The position numbers were made by a program, and so were the translations under genes. Below, in pieces: positions 36,868-49,700 of a stretch of DNA of 64,000 nucleotides. The notes under the pieces are model-generated. The model made no database searches and was not told where the DNA came from. It worked only from the letters and a program-made list of their open reading frames with translations. Location: assembly GCF_963921235.1 (NCBI RefSeq), contig NC_086097.1, positions 38,814,001 to 38,878,000 of the forward strand. The letters run 5' to 3'. The DNA is from Mobula hypostoma (Eukaryota). The first letter of the stretch is position 1; each line of letters opens with the position of its first letter.

Positions 36868-39305
36868 AACATAGAAACATAGAAAACCTACAGCACAATA
36901 CAGGCCCTTTGCCCCACAAAGCTGTGCCGAACATGTCCTTACCCATAGCCCTCTATTTTCCTAAGCTCCATGTACCTATCCAGAAGTCTCTTAAAATACC
37001 CGATCACTTCGGCCTCCACCACGGCCGCCGGCAGCCCATTCCACGCACCACTCTCTGCGTAAAAAACTTACCCATGATATCTCCTCTCTACCTACTTTCA
37101 AGCACTTTAAAACTATGCCCTCTCATGCTAGCCACCTCAGCCTTGGGATAAAGCCTCTGACTATCCACACGATCAATGCCTCTCATTATCTTGTATACCT
37201 TTATCAGGTCACCTCTCATCCTCCGTCGCTCCAAGGAAAAAAGGCCGAGTTCACTCAACCTATTCTCATAAGGCATGCTCCCCAATCCAGGAAACATCCT
37301 TGTAAATCTCCTCTGCACCCTTTCCATGGTTTCCACGTCCTTCCTGTAGTGAGGCGACCAGAATTGAACATAGTACTCCAAGTGGGGTCCGACCAGGGTC
37401 TGATATAGCTGCAACATTACCTCTCAGCTCTTAAACTCAATCCCATGGTTGATGAAGGCCAATGCACCATATGCCTTCTTAACCACAGAGTCAACCTGCG
37501 TAGCAGCTTTGAGTGTCCAATGGACTCGGACCCCAAGATCCCTCTGATCCTTCACACTATCAAGAGTCTTCCCATTAATGCTATATTCTGCCATCATATT
37601 TGACCTACCAAAATGAACCACCTCACTTTTCTGGGTTGAACTCGATCTGCCATTTCTCAGCCTAGTTTTGCACCCTATCAATGTCCCGCTGTAACCTCTG
37701 ACAGTCCTCCACACTATCCACAACATCCCCAACCTTTGTGTCATCAGCAAATTTACTAACCCATCCCTCCACTTCCTCATCCAGGTCATTTACAAAAATC
37801 ATGAAGAGTAGGGGTCCCAGAACAGATCCCTGAAGCACACCACTGGTCACCGACCTCCATGCAAAATATGACCCATCTACAACCACCCTTTGCCTTCTGT
37901 GGGCAAGCCAGTTCTGGATCCACAAAGCAAGGTCCCCTTGGATCCCATGCCTCCTTACTTTCTCAATAAGCCTTGCATGGGGTACCTTATCAAATGCCTT
38001 GCTGAAATCCATATACACTACTCAAAAAATTCAATCATGCTCATAAGGGCCTTTGACAAAGCCATGCTGACTATTCTTAATCATATTATGCCTCTCCAAA
38101 TGTTCATAAATCCTGCCTCTCAGGATCTTTTCCATTAAATTACCAACCACTGAAGTAAGACTCACTGGTCAATAATTTCCTTGGCTATCACTACTCCCTT
38201 CCTTGAATAAGGGAACAACATCTGCAACCCTCCAATCCTCCAGAACCTCTCCCGTCCTCATTGATGATGCAAAGATTATCGCCAGAGTCTCAGCAATCTC
38301 CTTCTTCACTTTCTACAGTAGCCTGGGATATAGCTTCTTCCCCTCTGCCATCTGATTCCTAAATGGTCTTTGAAACTTTAGACACTACCTCACTTTTTTT
38401 AATATACAGTATTTCTGTTTTTGCACATTGTTTTAATAATCTATTCAATATATGTAATTGATTTACTTGTTTATTATGCTTTTATTTATTTTTTTCTCTC
38501 TCTCTCTGCTAGATTATGTATTGCATTGAACTGCTGCTGCTAAGTTAACAAATTTCACGTCACATGCCGGTGATAATAAACCTGATTCTGATTCTGATTC
38601 TGATCCCACCCAGTTCCGGTGACTTATCCAACTTGATGCTTTCCAAAAGCCCCAACACATCCTCTTCCTTAATGCTCAAGCTTTTCAATCCACTGCAAGT
38701 CATCCCTACAATCGCCAATATTCTTTTCCGTAGTGAATACTGAAGCAAAGTATTCATTAAGTACCTCTGCTATCTCCTCCGGTTCCATACACACTTTTCC
38801 ATTGTCACATTTGATTGGTCATATTCCCTCACGTCTTATCCTCTTGCTCCTCACATACTTGTAGAATACCTTGGGGTTTTCCTTAATCCTGCCCGCCAAG
38901 GCCTTCACTTGGCCCCTTCTGGCTCTCCTAATTTCATTCTTAAGCTCCTTCCTGCTAGCCTTATAATCTTCTAGTTCTCTATCATTACCTAGTTTTTTGA
39001 ACCTTTTGTAAGCTCTTCTTTTCTTCTTGACTAGATTTACAATAGCCTTTGTACACCACAGTTCCTGTACCCTACCATGCTTTCCGTCTCATTGGAATGT
39101 ACCTCTGCAGAACCACACACAAATATCCACTGAACATTTGCCACATTTCTTCTATATGTTTCCCTGAGAACATGTTTCCAAGTTATGCTTCTAAGTTCCT
39201 GCCTGACAGCCTTGCATTTCCCCTTCCTCCAATTAAATGTTTCCCTAACTTGTCTGTTCCTATCCCTCTCCAATGCTATGGTAAAGGAGATAGAATTGTG
39301 ATCAC
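36868..39305 (-). mobile_element. CR1 LINE (second family), degenerate; nested in an older plus-strand CR1 (36715-36860, 39310-39650)
   Basis: CDHNSISF, YMDFSKAFDKVPH, QGSVLGP, KFADDTKV, RRRMRGDLI motifs; (TTTCTATG)n tail. Confidence 0.9.
38332..38604 (+). mobile_element. Rex-type 3' end with (CTGATT)n tail nested in CR1
   Basis: SFFPSAI remnant, 3' UTR, aataaacctgattctgattctgat; near-identical to 41334-41553. Confidence 0.75.
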
Positions 39306-40243
39306 ACAATAGGTGTATTTAGTGACAAGAGGTATTGACAGAGTGGACAATCAGCACTTTTTTCTCAGGGTGGGAATGGTTAATATGACAGGGCATGATT
39401 GGAGTAAAGTAGAATGGAGATGTTGGAGGTAGGTTTTTACCCAGAGTGTTGTGGGTGCATGGAATGTACTGCCAGGAGTGATGGTAGAGACAGATACATT
39501 AGGGGTGTTTAAGAGACACGAATGAAACAGAAATGGCAGGGTGGGGGGATATGTTGAAAAAAGCATTAGATTGATCTTGATGTTGGCTAAAAGGTCAGCA
39601 CAACATTGTGGGCCAAAGTGCCTGTATTGTGCTATAATGTTCAATGTTCAGCAACTCTGCATGCACAGTAATCACTTGGAGTTCAGCACTCTCTTAACTG
39701 AAGCACAGTGGAGACTTAAATTCCTTTGTTTTGTTCATTTAAGCATTTTCTCGAAAGCCCCCACACACACAGAGCTTTGGGGTGATTTGTACCATCCATT
39801 ACAAATAAAACATCCCTTTGATTAACAATTGATCACTGCTACAGCCCTCAGGTTCACTTGTACTCAGCAGACCTGTTATTAGTTGCCACATTTACTCTGA
39901 TGACCCTGTGTCACAGACTTAATACTCCTTCTTACATTCCAGCAGAGATTAATTATTTTATTATTCTTTATCTCTTTCCTACCCTCCAGCTATCTGGTAA
40001 GTTGCTTGTCTGGAGAACACAAGTGTCTCTATATCTCCATCCACACTGTCCTCTTACTGAACTAAGCACCAGATTGCCTTGGATATTGCTACAAAGGGTG
40101 CTACAGACCTGTCACCCCTTCCAAAACTACCTTACCTTCATGATAAAGTTTTAGCAGGCTATTTGTTTCTCATTATTTGCAATCTCACCAGTTCATACAT
40201 GTTTAATAGACAAGGACATTTGCTCTGTTACATCTTGTCTTAT

Positions 40244-40664
40244 CCTCCAAGAGGACCACAACCTTGTCGTGGTTTGGAGGCTTGCGTTCCTCAGTGACCT
40301 GTAGATCAACGTTGGCTGGAGTCAGGGCCTTGTGCTTTGGCTCTTGGGAGGGTCACCCATGCCGAACAGGTCAAAGGGTAGAGGGCAGAAATGAGCGTGG
40401 TCCACCAGTCCTCCAGGTTCAGGGGTTCAGCTCAGGGCTAACAACCATGACTGGTAAAGCAAAATTGTTCTGGAAACAGCAATGAAGAATCCTTCTACAT
40501 CTGAGTGCAACAGTATTTCAGAGTCTCCATTCAGGATTTGCACGACTGACAGTAGTGAAAACTGAGAGGAAGCCACTGACACGATGAGGAAAATGCTGCC
40601 AGAGATGGAGGACCTTCACTGCTGCCCTAAACGCCATGGCGTAACAGGCAGTAAGTAAGTAAGT
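40244..40664 (+). mobile_element. Non-autonomous bipartite RTE-derived element
   Basis: RTE-like 5' UTR (accttgtcgtggtttggaggcttgcg...gggctaacaacc), short ORF-end remnant (RWRTFTAALNA), (TAAG)n tail; TSD ATC(T/C)TGTCTTAT at 40232-40243 and 40665-40676. Confidence 0.7.
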
Positions 40665-40899
40665 ATCCTGTCTTATACCAGCTGTGTTAATGTCTGAATG
40701 CCATAAAATATTCTCCTCAGAACCTACAACTCCTACTTAGAGCTTACAGTTCATAAACACCATATCAAATTTTGTTCCTGGTTCTGACCAGCACAAGGGA
40801 AGTACTGTACATAAGAGATCATGCAGAGTAGCTCAGATAAAATTATGGAAAACTGGGATAGAAGTAATATTCTCAAGGGGAAACTAGCCTCTTTTAACG

Positions 40900-41250
40900 T
40901 TGCTATACACTCTGCAATAAGGGCCCATCTTTCCAAGATTATTACAGAGAATAGCAGCATTTAAAGAATATTGTACTCAATCATAAACTGACTTTTAATC
41001 CCTGCCCTAACTTATAATGTCCTCAGTCAAGCATCTGCCACTAATTGTGAGGAATTCACAATATTCCTTAACAATAAAATTACTTCCATTAGGTAGAGTA
41101 TTGCTACAGAATACAGCTAAGCTCTGTAGCCAACCCCGTAAAAAGACGGCGTCCATGTCAGGATGAGGGAGCATATAATTCCTGTCCTAACTACTCTGTG
41201 TTGGCTTCCTGTATCTTTCAAAATGGATTTTTAAAAAAATGTTGCTTTAA
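40900..41250 (+). mobile_element. Old L2-type LINE fragments joined by internal deletion
   Basis: CEEFTIFLNNKITSIR and REHIIPVLTTLCWLPVSFKMDF motifs typical of L2 ORF2. Confidence 0.55.
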
Positions 41251-41333
41251 AGAAATCTAAAATCTGACGGGTTAACTAACGTCATTCAAGGGAAGGACCT
41301 ACCACCTCTAACTGTCTAAACAGAATATGAAGC

Positions 41334-41553
41334 TTTGGACACTACCTCACTTTTTTTTAATATACAGTATTTCTGTTTTTGCACATTTTTTAATAATCTA
41401 TTCAATAAACGTAATTGATTTACTTGTTTATTTATTATTACGTTTTATTTTTTTTCTCCCTCTGCTAGATTATGTATTGCATTGAACTGCTGCTGCTAAG
41501 TTGACAAATTTCACATCACATGTCAGTGATAATAAACCTGATTCTGATTCTGA
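41334..41553 (+). mobile_element. Rex-type 3' UTR fragment with (CTGATT)n tail
   Basis: Near-identical to 38375-38604. Confidence 0.7.
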
Positions 41554-41952
41554 TGACAGTCTTAGGCAATAAGGGATGGGTAATAAATATAGTCCATATT
41601 TTCAAACCAAATAATAAAGAACTTCACAGGTAGATTTGGAAACATGGAAACTCTTACGTTGGTGGATGAGTTTTGGAAAAGTGCATGCCAGTCAATCTAT
41701 GCCCTGGACAGTAGCATCCCTTTCAAAATAATTGATGCTGCACTATTTCTTAACTGGAAAAATGGAAAAAAAATCAAAATAGACTCTGCTGTGATAAACT
41801 ATTGTAGGGAGTCAATATCAATATTTTCTTCAATAACTAGTCTAAATTCGCATTTAACAACAGGAATTCTGCAGATGCTGGAAATTCAAGCAACACACAT
41901 CAAAGTTGCTGGTGAACGCAGCAGGCCAGACAGCATCTGTAGGAAGAGGTGC

Positions 41953-41988
41953 AGTCGACGTTTCAGGCCGAGACCCTTCGTCAGGACT
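41953..41988 (-). ncRNA. Minimal type I hammerhead ribozyme motif in the PLE terminal repeat
   Basis: AGUC-CUGACGA-AGG(gucucgg)CCU-GAAAC-GUC-GACU: stem I, catalytic core, stem II, palindromic ACGU stem III, GUC cleavage triplet. Confidence 0.75.
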
Positions 41989-42455
41989 AACTGAAGGAAG
42001 AGTGAGTAAGGGATTTGAAAGTTGGAGGGGGAGGGGGAGATCCAAAATGATAGGAGAAGACAGGAGGGGGAGGGATAGAGCCAAGAGCTGGACAGGTGAT
42101 TGGCAAAAGGGGATACGAGAGGATCATGGGACAGGAGGTCCGGGAAGAAAGACAAGGGGGGGGTGGAACCAGAGGATGGGCAAGAGGTATATTCAGAGGG
42201 ACAGAGGGAGAAAAAGGAGAGTGAGAGAAAGAATGTGTGCATAAAAATAAGTAACAGATGGGGTACGAGGGGGAGGTGGGGCCTTAGCGGAAGTTAGAGA
42301 AGTCGATGTTCATGCCATCAGGTTGGAGGATACCCAGACGGAATATAAGGTGTTGTTCCTCCAACCTGAGTGTGGCTTCATCTTTACAGTAGAGGAGGCC
42401 GTGGATAGACATGTCAGAATAGGAATGGGATGTGGAATTAAAATGTGTGGCCACT

Positions 42456-42791
42456 TCCTTCCAGGTGAGGCAACACTTCACCTGTGAGTCGACTGGGGTG
42501 ATATACCGCGTCTGGTGCTCCCGATGTGGCCTTTTATATATTGGCGAGACCCGACGCAGACTGGGAGACCGCTTTGCTGAACATCTACGCTCTGTCCGCC
42601 AGAGAAAGCAGGATCTCCCAGTGGCCACACATTTTAATTCCACATCCCATTCCCATTCTGACATGTCTATCCACGGCCTCCTCTACTGTAAAGATGAAGC
42701 CACACTCAGGTTGGAGGAACAACACCTTATATTCCGTCTGGGTAGCCTCCAACCTGATGGCATGAACATCGACTTCTCTAACTTCCGCTAA
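42456..42791 (+). pseudogene. 5'-truncated Penelope-like GIY-YIG endonuclease domain (frame still open)
   Basis: FTCESTGVIYRVWCSRCGLLYIGETRRRLGDRFAEH...RLEEQHLIFRLGSLQPDGMN. Confidence 0.9.
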
Positions 42792-43082
42792 GGCCCCACC
42801 TCCCCCTCGTACCCCATCTGTTACTTATTTTTATGCACACATTCTTTCTCTCACTCTCCTTTTTCTCCCTCTGTCCCTCTGAATATACCTCTTGCCCATC
42901 CTCTGGTCCCCCCCCTTGTCTTTCTTCCCAGACCTCCTGTCCCATGATCCTCTCGTATCCCCTTTTGCCTATCACCTGTCCAACTCTTGGCTCTATCCCT
43001 CCCCCTCCTGTCTTCTCCTATCATTTTGGATCTCCCCCTCCCCCTCCAACTTTCAAATCCCTTACTCACTCTTCCTTCAGTT

Positions 43083-43118
43083 AGTCCTGACGAAGGGTCT
43101 CGGCCTGAAACATCGACT
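43083..43118 (+). ncRNA. Minimal hammerhead ribozyme motif (CpG-decayed copy)
   Basis: agtc ctgacga agggtctcggcct gaaac atc gact; one G>A change relative to the 41953-41988 copy. Confidence 0.6.
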
Positions 43119-45176
43119 GCACCTCTTCCTACAGATGCTGCCTGGCCTGCTGCGTTCACCAGCAACTTTGATGTGTGTTGCTAAATTCACATTTGCTTAT
43201 TTGAAAGGTTAGTGCACCTGTGAACATAATCTTTATTTTGCATAGAAAATGACATATGGTCAGGTATGATGCATAAGGTTTCAGCCTATGTGTTCATCAC
43301 TTGCCGTACAAAGTAATTATGGAATCCTGGAAGCTAATAGAATGAGGCATCTAAGAAGGCAGTAGACTCATTTTAAATGGCATGCAATTAAATAATATCT
43401 AACAAATTACCTCATAGCAAACAACTTCTATTAATATTTCAAAAATATAATTTACAATTAGATCATATTTTCCTTTTGATTACTTTACATCACTCACGTC
43501 AAGAAGTTTATTTTCAAATTTGTGACTCACAGAATACCTTGATAAGAAATAGGTCAGTTCAAGTTGTGAGAGTAATGTCCTCCAAACCTGTGAAGAATTT
43601 CTGTACTGGCCATGATCCAACAAAATCACATTTTCTGCTTCGGAAATTACAGTACATTTAGATATAAATGCAGTATGTCAAATCAACATTAATCAAGTTC
43701 CCAAGCTCAGCTGATGGAATCGTGGAATGATGGATTATAAATTATACTGACCATTTGGTGTAACTCAACATCCAAAATATTGCTTAATTGGATTCTGCCA
43801 TCAGTTTATTTTCCAATCTCATCTTGATATGCAATCTGCTGCTATCCATAGTGACAGACTGGGTCAATGTGACTACTTTGGTGCAGCTGGAAAAGTGATG
43901 TTTAAAAATCAGCCAATCATAGAAAGTTAGTCAGGTGGATAAGAGGCTGAATTCTTTACAGTTATTAGTATCAGCAATTTCATGATTAAACAAAAATCTG
44001 ACGTCAGTTTTAGAATTAATTTCCCTTTGTGTAAATTTTTCAATCCCCATCACAGCTTCTCACACAATGTTCTGCTAAGTTCCCTGTTGTCCCTCAATTA
44101 CAAACTTGAAGTTCCCAGTGTCTTATTGGTGAGGGAGTCTGAAGATCTCCTTAATTTATTTTTGTAGGAATATTATAATGAGAAAGGGGATAAAAAATAG
44201 CAAGTATAAAGGAAGAGAAAGTAAACAGTGTACAGGTATGAGTGTACCTTAAGTTCCAAACTGGTCACAATATTGCATATTACACATTTAAACTCCAGAG
44301 AGCATTTTGTGACATATTGTAGAACATCTTTGGATTGGCCCATTCACTGGAATCTTGCTCATCATTATATTTGCATCACTAAACATTTCTCTGCAACTTT
44401 GATGGTGTTCTAATGAGGAATCATTGATCCAACGAAGAGGAGGACAGTCCTTTTCACTTTTCCTCACTCCTGTCTTTGTTGAAACAGAGATGAAACACTG
44501 ACAGGCACCATTGCAGCAAGTGTTCTGTTCATAAACAAGGTGCTGTGTCCTGTAGCATAAATAAAGTGTAGATTTAGGAATGGGAGAGCGTATCTGCAGT
44601 TACCTTTGGGTCCTGCATGGATACATTCAACAGCCTAAAAAGGGGCTATGAAATAATAAGGTTATTCTGTAAAGTTACAATGGCACATACATCCACATGT
44701 GTGACAGCCACTTTAACTGTCTAAAATGAGCTGCTTTAACAAAATTGCTACTGCCAACTTCCAAAGAAATTTACATCAAATTGGCTAATCTGACAAATGT
44801 CTCTTTGACCCCCTGTAGCAAATGGTTTAAGCACTCTGCTCACGCTCTCTACCAGCAGGGGTCCTCCATGTAATGGACCTTGACTGCAAATACGGCAGCA
44901 TCCACTTTAAATTCAAAGCTCTGTGACTGAAGTTCACCTCTTGAGACAGGTTTCTTTAGACAGGCCCGAGAAAATGAGGTCAAACACATTATCTGCTGAT
45001 TATTGTAAAGCTAGTTTAACTTCTCTCTGGGCTGCATGATTTAACATAGCCTCCTACTCTGTTAGTATATCAAACATTTAAAGCAGGAACCTCATTATGT
45101 AGCCCCCAGAGCTTAGCTCAGTCATAATGTGTTCTTGTGGGGGAATATTTTAAGAGCACAATTGAATCCATGAAGA

Positions 45177-46419
45177 ATCTTGTTAATCATCATTCATTTT
45201 AAAATTACTTTGATCAGAAAGCTTGGTAAAACACTCCTTGTGAACGGTGGCAGTGGTTTTCAAGGGAGATGAGAAGGGAACATACTTAAATATGGTACGA
45301 GCGACATTAGATCTTCCTAACTCCATCATCTGCTATTGGCTGCTATTGGAAGTGTCACTTCTTTCATCAGCCTTTCCTGAAACTGAACTTAGGTTTTGAA
45401 GGTATGCTTCTCGAGCAGAACTTTGGGAATAACCAGAAATTCTTGGCCACATACATACTGTATGCAGAACAGGTTTATACCATTCCCTAACATAAATATC
45501 CTGTGGCTTTGTCTCTTTACCAGACAAGTTCACTTTCAATATATATGTGCGCAGTCTGGAACAAGTGCAAACTAAATTTAGCCACTCATGACTATTAAAA
45601 TTTAAATTTGAATATTTCCAATGCAATTAATACCTATTTTCCCCACTGCTTTTGTTTCATGTTAATTTTTAAATTTAGCCATCATTGTATAGCAGCTGTA
45701 TTGGCCAAGAAGGGTAGTATTAAGGTAAGAGGTAGACAATAAGAGTGCAATAATGCTTAAGGCACCTTATATCGAAATATTATTTTGGCTCACTGTGTCA
45801 TCAAAACAATTCAATAAATTCTAGTTGTTTTCAGATTTCGCACAGATTAATTTATATTCTAAACACTTCAGATGGTTCTGCAATAAGAATTTTTATGTGA
45901 GCTGTTGGCAACATCATCAGTAGGCAAATGCATCAAAGACTGTGTGGTTCTTATGTCTGATCTCTCAGCCTTCAGTAAAATGACATAACTGATTTCAATA
46001 ATCAGCATACTGTCAAACTCAAAAGTTAATGGATATGATTTACATTTCCATACACACGTTAGGGTGTGGTAATGCTATGTAAGTTCCCATGATTAATGTC
46101 TACTTATTTTTCCTCCATTTATATAGGCATCCGTTACTCTCGTGAGACCATGGATTTGTGCCTTCGAAGGTTTGCAGGGTGCAAGCCTGGGCAAGGTTGT
46201 AAGGAAGACCTGCAGTTGCCCATGCTGCAAGTCTCCCCTCTCCACGCCACAGATGTTGTCCAAGGGAAGGGCACCAGGGCCAATACAGCTTGGCACCGGT
46301 GTCGTCGCAGAGCAATGTGTGGTTAAGTGCCTTGCTCAAGGACACAACACGCTGCCTCAGCTGAGGCTTGAACTAGTGACCTTCAGATCACTAGACTGTT
46401 GCCTTAACCACTTGGCCAC
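45177..46419 (+). repeat. 1.24-kb direct repeat, copy A (non-repetitive DNA + SINE)
   Basis: Colinear with 52681-53915, with scattered substitutions and small indels. Confidence 0.95.
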
Positions 46420-46424
46420 GTGCC
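46121..46424 (-). mobile_element. tRNA-derived SINE with RTE-type 3' tail
   Basis: A box TGGCCAAGTGG, B box GTTCAAGCC; 3' end matches the RTE 3' end at 54550-54587. Confidence 0.85.
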
Positions 46425-46727
46425 AACATGATCTCGTTTACACAGCTATTAATATCCAGCAAAGGGCAAATAGTGGAAATTTACTTGCTAAAATGGATAT
46501 AAAGTTTTGTAATTTTCATCAGATTAAGCAAGATAGATTTCGATTTAATTTAAGTGATGACTTACTTGTTACATACACCTGTTAGGGTGCATTCTCCAGT
46601 TACCTTATAAGTTAACCGTAGCCTTCAGCCAGGAGCAGATGTCATCAGGTGGTTCCCAATCTTCACCGAGTGTTTCAACCCTTAACCACGACACTATCCA
46701 GTTGGTGGGCCGGCAGTGGTGGCCAAA

Positions 46728-49700
46728 TCACTGCCCATCTGCTCCTGGCTTCCAGCTTCCCTCCTCTCGTCTACTCCAAATCCAACAGGAAGCTCGTTCT
46801 GCCTCTTCCTCCATCCTATGAGCTGCTTGTTTTTTGCTCCTTTCGTCCAGGCCCAGATCTGACAACAACCGCAAAGTTGATTTGGCTGGGAAACCAATGC
46901 AGCAGATCTCCACAAGGAACAACTATGCCTGCCATCCCTTGTCTTTACACTCCTGCACTAAGGGCTGGTAATTCAAGGCCTTTCTCTCGTGGGCCTCTTC
47001 GTATCCCTCCTCCCACGGCACAGTCAGCTCAACTAGAATTATTTTCTTGTCTTCAGTTGACCACAGTACAATGTCCGGGCGTAGGGTTGTGTGCACCACA
47101 TCCGGGAACTGCAACTTCCTTCCCACATCGACCCTCATCTCCCAGGACCTGGCCGTTCGCAGCAGATTGGGCTTTAGTTGTTTGGTCACGAAAAGACCTG
47201 GCTCCCTCTTTGATGAAGGTGATGGCCTTCCTCAAATCTGTGCTGGCCGTCCTCTTCTTGCACTTCTCCCGCTCTAGTGTGTCAGCAAGAGCCAGAAGCA
47301 CCTTATCATGGCGCCACCTATACCGTCCTTGAGTTAGAGCTGTTTTACACCTGGACAGTATATGAGCCAGTGTCCCCTTTTGACCTCAGAGCTTATAGTT
47401 CAGGTCCTCTCTCATCCCCCATGTGTACAGATGTAATGGTGAAGGAAGGGTGTCATACACGGATCGCAAGAGGAAGGAAATACGGAAGGGCTCCCGTCTC
47501 CATAACTCTGCCCAAGAGATCTTGCGCTTAGGCAGATCCCATTTTGTCCAGGCACCCTGGGACCCTTGTTCCACTGCCTTTGAAATCCGCTTCTCTTCCT
47601 CATGGATCCGTACTTCTGCCTGTACCATGTCTCACCTGTTCCTTATGCTTGCGTTTCCCCACTTCTGGAAGTGAACTGAGCCGAGGCCTTGCCGCCCAAC
47701 ACAGGGGTTGCTGATGATATCTCGCAGCTTCAGACAACACACTGCCTCCTCCACAGCTGCATTGGCTGCCCACTTGCGCCCAGATCTGGTTGTAACACCT
47801 GCTTGCTTTACCAAGATATCATTGGAATCTCTCAAGCTTAATAAAGCTCTGCATTTTGCCACCTTGAATTCCTCCACAACAGATGACAGGGGAAGCGCAG
47901 TTGCCCAGAACGAATGTAGAGGCCCACTGAAGAGAAGCTTGAGGGAACTCCCAACCATCTCCGCAGGTGCTTGTTAGTTTTCCTCTCGATGCCCTCTACG
48001 ACAGTCATGGGGAACTCATAAAGTATGAAGAGCCAGAGAAGCCTGGGCAGAATGCTGTATTGGTATAGCCAGGTCTTGAATTTACCTGGAAGTCCGGATT
48101 TGTCGATCTTCTTCAGCCATTCCTCTGTCTGCTTCACAGCATTGGTGACATTGGCCCCATCTGTCGGTGACATATTAAATCACTTCTCCAAGCATTTTAT
48201 CGGGTTATCTTTCGATGGAAGGGATTACCTGACCCTGAACTTGGAGGTTAAACTTGCTAGTAACTTTGTCGTTTCTGATCACCATGCACCTGGACTTCTT
48301 GGCCTTGAAGGACATCCTCGCCCAAGTGGCTACATTACCCAGGGTTTCCAATACCCATCTTGCTTGGACATGTGACACAGTTGTTATAGTGATGTCATCC
48401 ATGAACCCTTGTAGAGCTGGCTGAACAATGCCTGACTCCAGCATCGGGCTGCGGGTTACATCTTCTGCTGCTGATAATAGGAGATTCATTCCCATAGTAA
48501 ATAGGATGGGGGAGATGGTGCACCCTGTTGGAATCCCCTTCTGGAGGTCCTGCCAACTAGTTGTGAAACGGGCTGATGTAAATCTGAGTTTGAATCCTCC
48601 TAGGTAGCTGGTGATCATGTCTCGAATAGTCACTGGGATGTAGTAGTGGTCGAGTCCTTCTAGGATGAGGTCATGTGGAATAGACCCGTAGGCGTTCGCC
48701 AGGTCTAACCAGACAACTGTTAGGTCACCTTTTTTCTGCTTGGACTCATGGATCAAATGGCTAATCATTGAGGTGTGTTCCAGACACCCCAAAAAGCCTG
48801 GAATACCGCCTTTCTGGATGGATGTGTTGATATAGTGGTTCTGCGTCATGTAAGAAGTCAGTCTTCTTGCAAGCACAGAAAAGAAAATCTTACATTCCAC
48901 ACCCAGGAGAGAAATTGTCCTAAACTGGGCAATTGTGGAAGAAACCTCTTCCTTTGGAATAAAGCATCCCTCTGCCAATTTCCAACTTGATGAAATAGTA
49001 CCTTTGGCCCAGATCTTTCTCATGACCTTCCACAGCCTCCGAAGTAGTTTCGGGCATTTCTTATACACCTTATAAGGTATGCCGCTTGGGCCTGGGGCAG
49101 CTGATGCTTTAGCTTTCTGGATGATGTCCTGGATTTCCTGCCATGTAGTCTCCTTTACATTCAGCTCAATTGATGGATTTTCCCGTCTACGCACAGTCCG
49201 ATTGGTTCCTAGTCCCTGACCCCTCCGTGGGTCGCTGTGTGCCTCCCGCAGGAACTCCTCTACCTCTGGCTTCGAGCTGGATAGTATACCAGATTTTTGT
49301 TGGCCGAGAAGTGTCCAGGTGAAGCTGAATGGATCTCTCAGAAACTGCGCTCGCCTTTTCTCTTTCTTCCTTCTTTGCTGTCGCAGATGTTCCACCCTCC
49401 AGAGTTTGCACAGCCTTTCCCACAGCATACTGCTTAAACATAGAAACATAGAAACATAGAAAATAGGTGCAGGAGTAGGCCATTCGGCCCTTCGAGCCTG
49501 CACCGCCATTTATTATGATCATGGCTGATCATCCAACTCAGAACCCAGCCTTCCCTCCATACCCCCTGACCCCTGTGGCCACAAGGGCCATATCTAACTT
49601 CCTTTTAAACATAGCTAATGAACTGGCCTCAACAGTTTGCTGTGGCAGAGAATTCCACAGATTCACCACTCTCTGTGTGAAGAAGTTTTTCCTAATCTCG

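Larger units (their letters stand above)
41856..43180. mobile_element. Penelope-like element with ~565-bp inverted arms flanking part of a GIY-YIG endonuclease ORF
   Basis: ~41891-42455 is the near-perfect reverse complement of ~42620-43180; 14-bp TSD CTAAATTC(G/A)CATTT at 41842-41855 and 43181-43194; GIY-YIG ORF. Confidence 0.93.

Noticed and set aside
45333..45626. 97-aa ORF open in both duplicate copies (also 52829-53122)
   Set aside because: Non-ATG start, no recognisable domain, and 10 amino-acid differences at roughly 5% nucleotide divergence, as expected under neutrality.
46649..47332. 227-aa plus-strand ORF, and similar ORFs at 10478-11182 and 49637-50623
   Set aside because: Antisense shadows of retroelement coding sequence.
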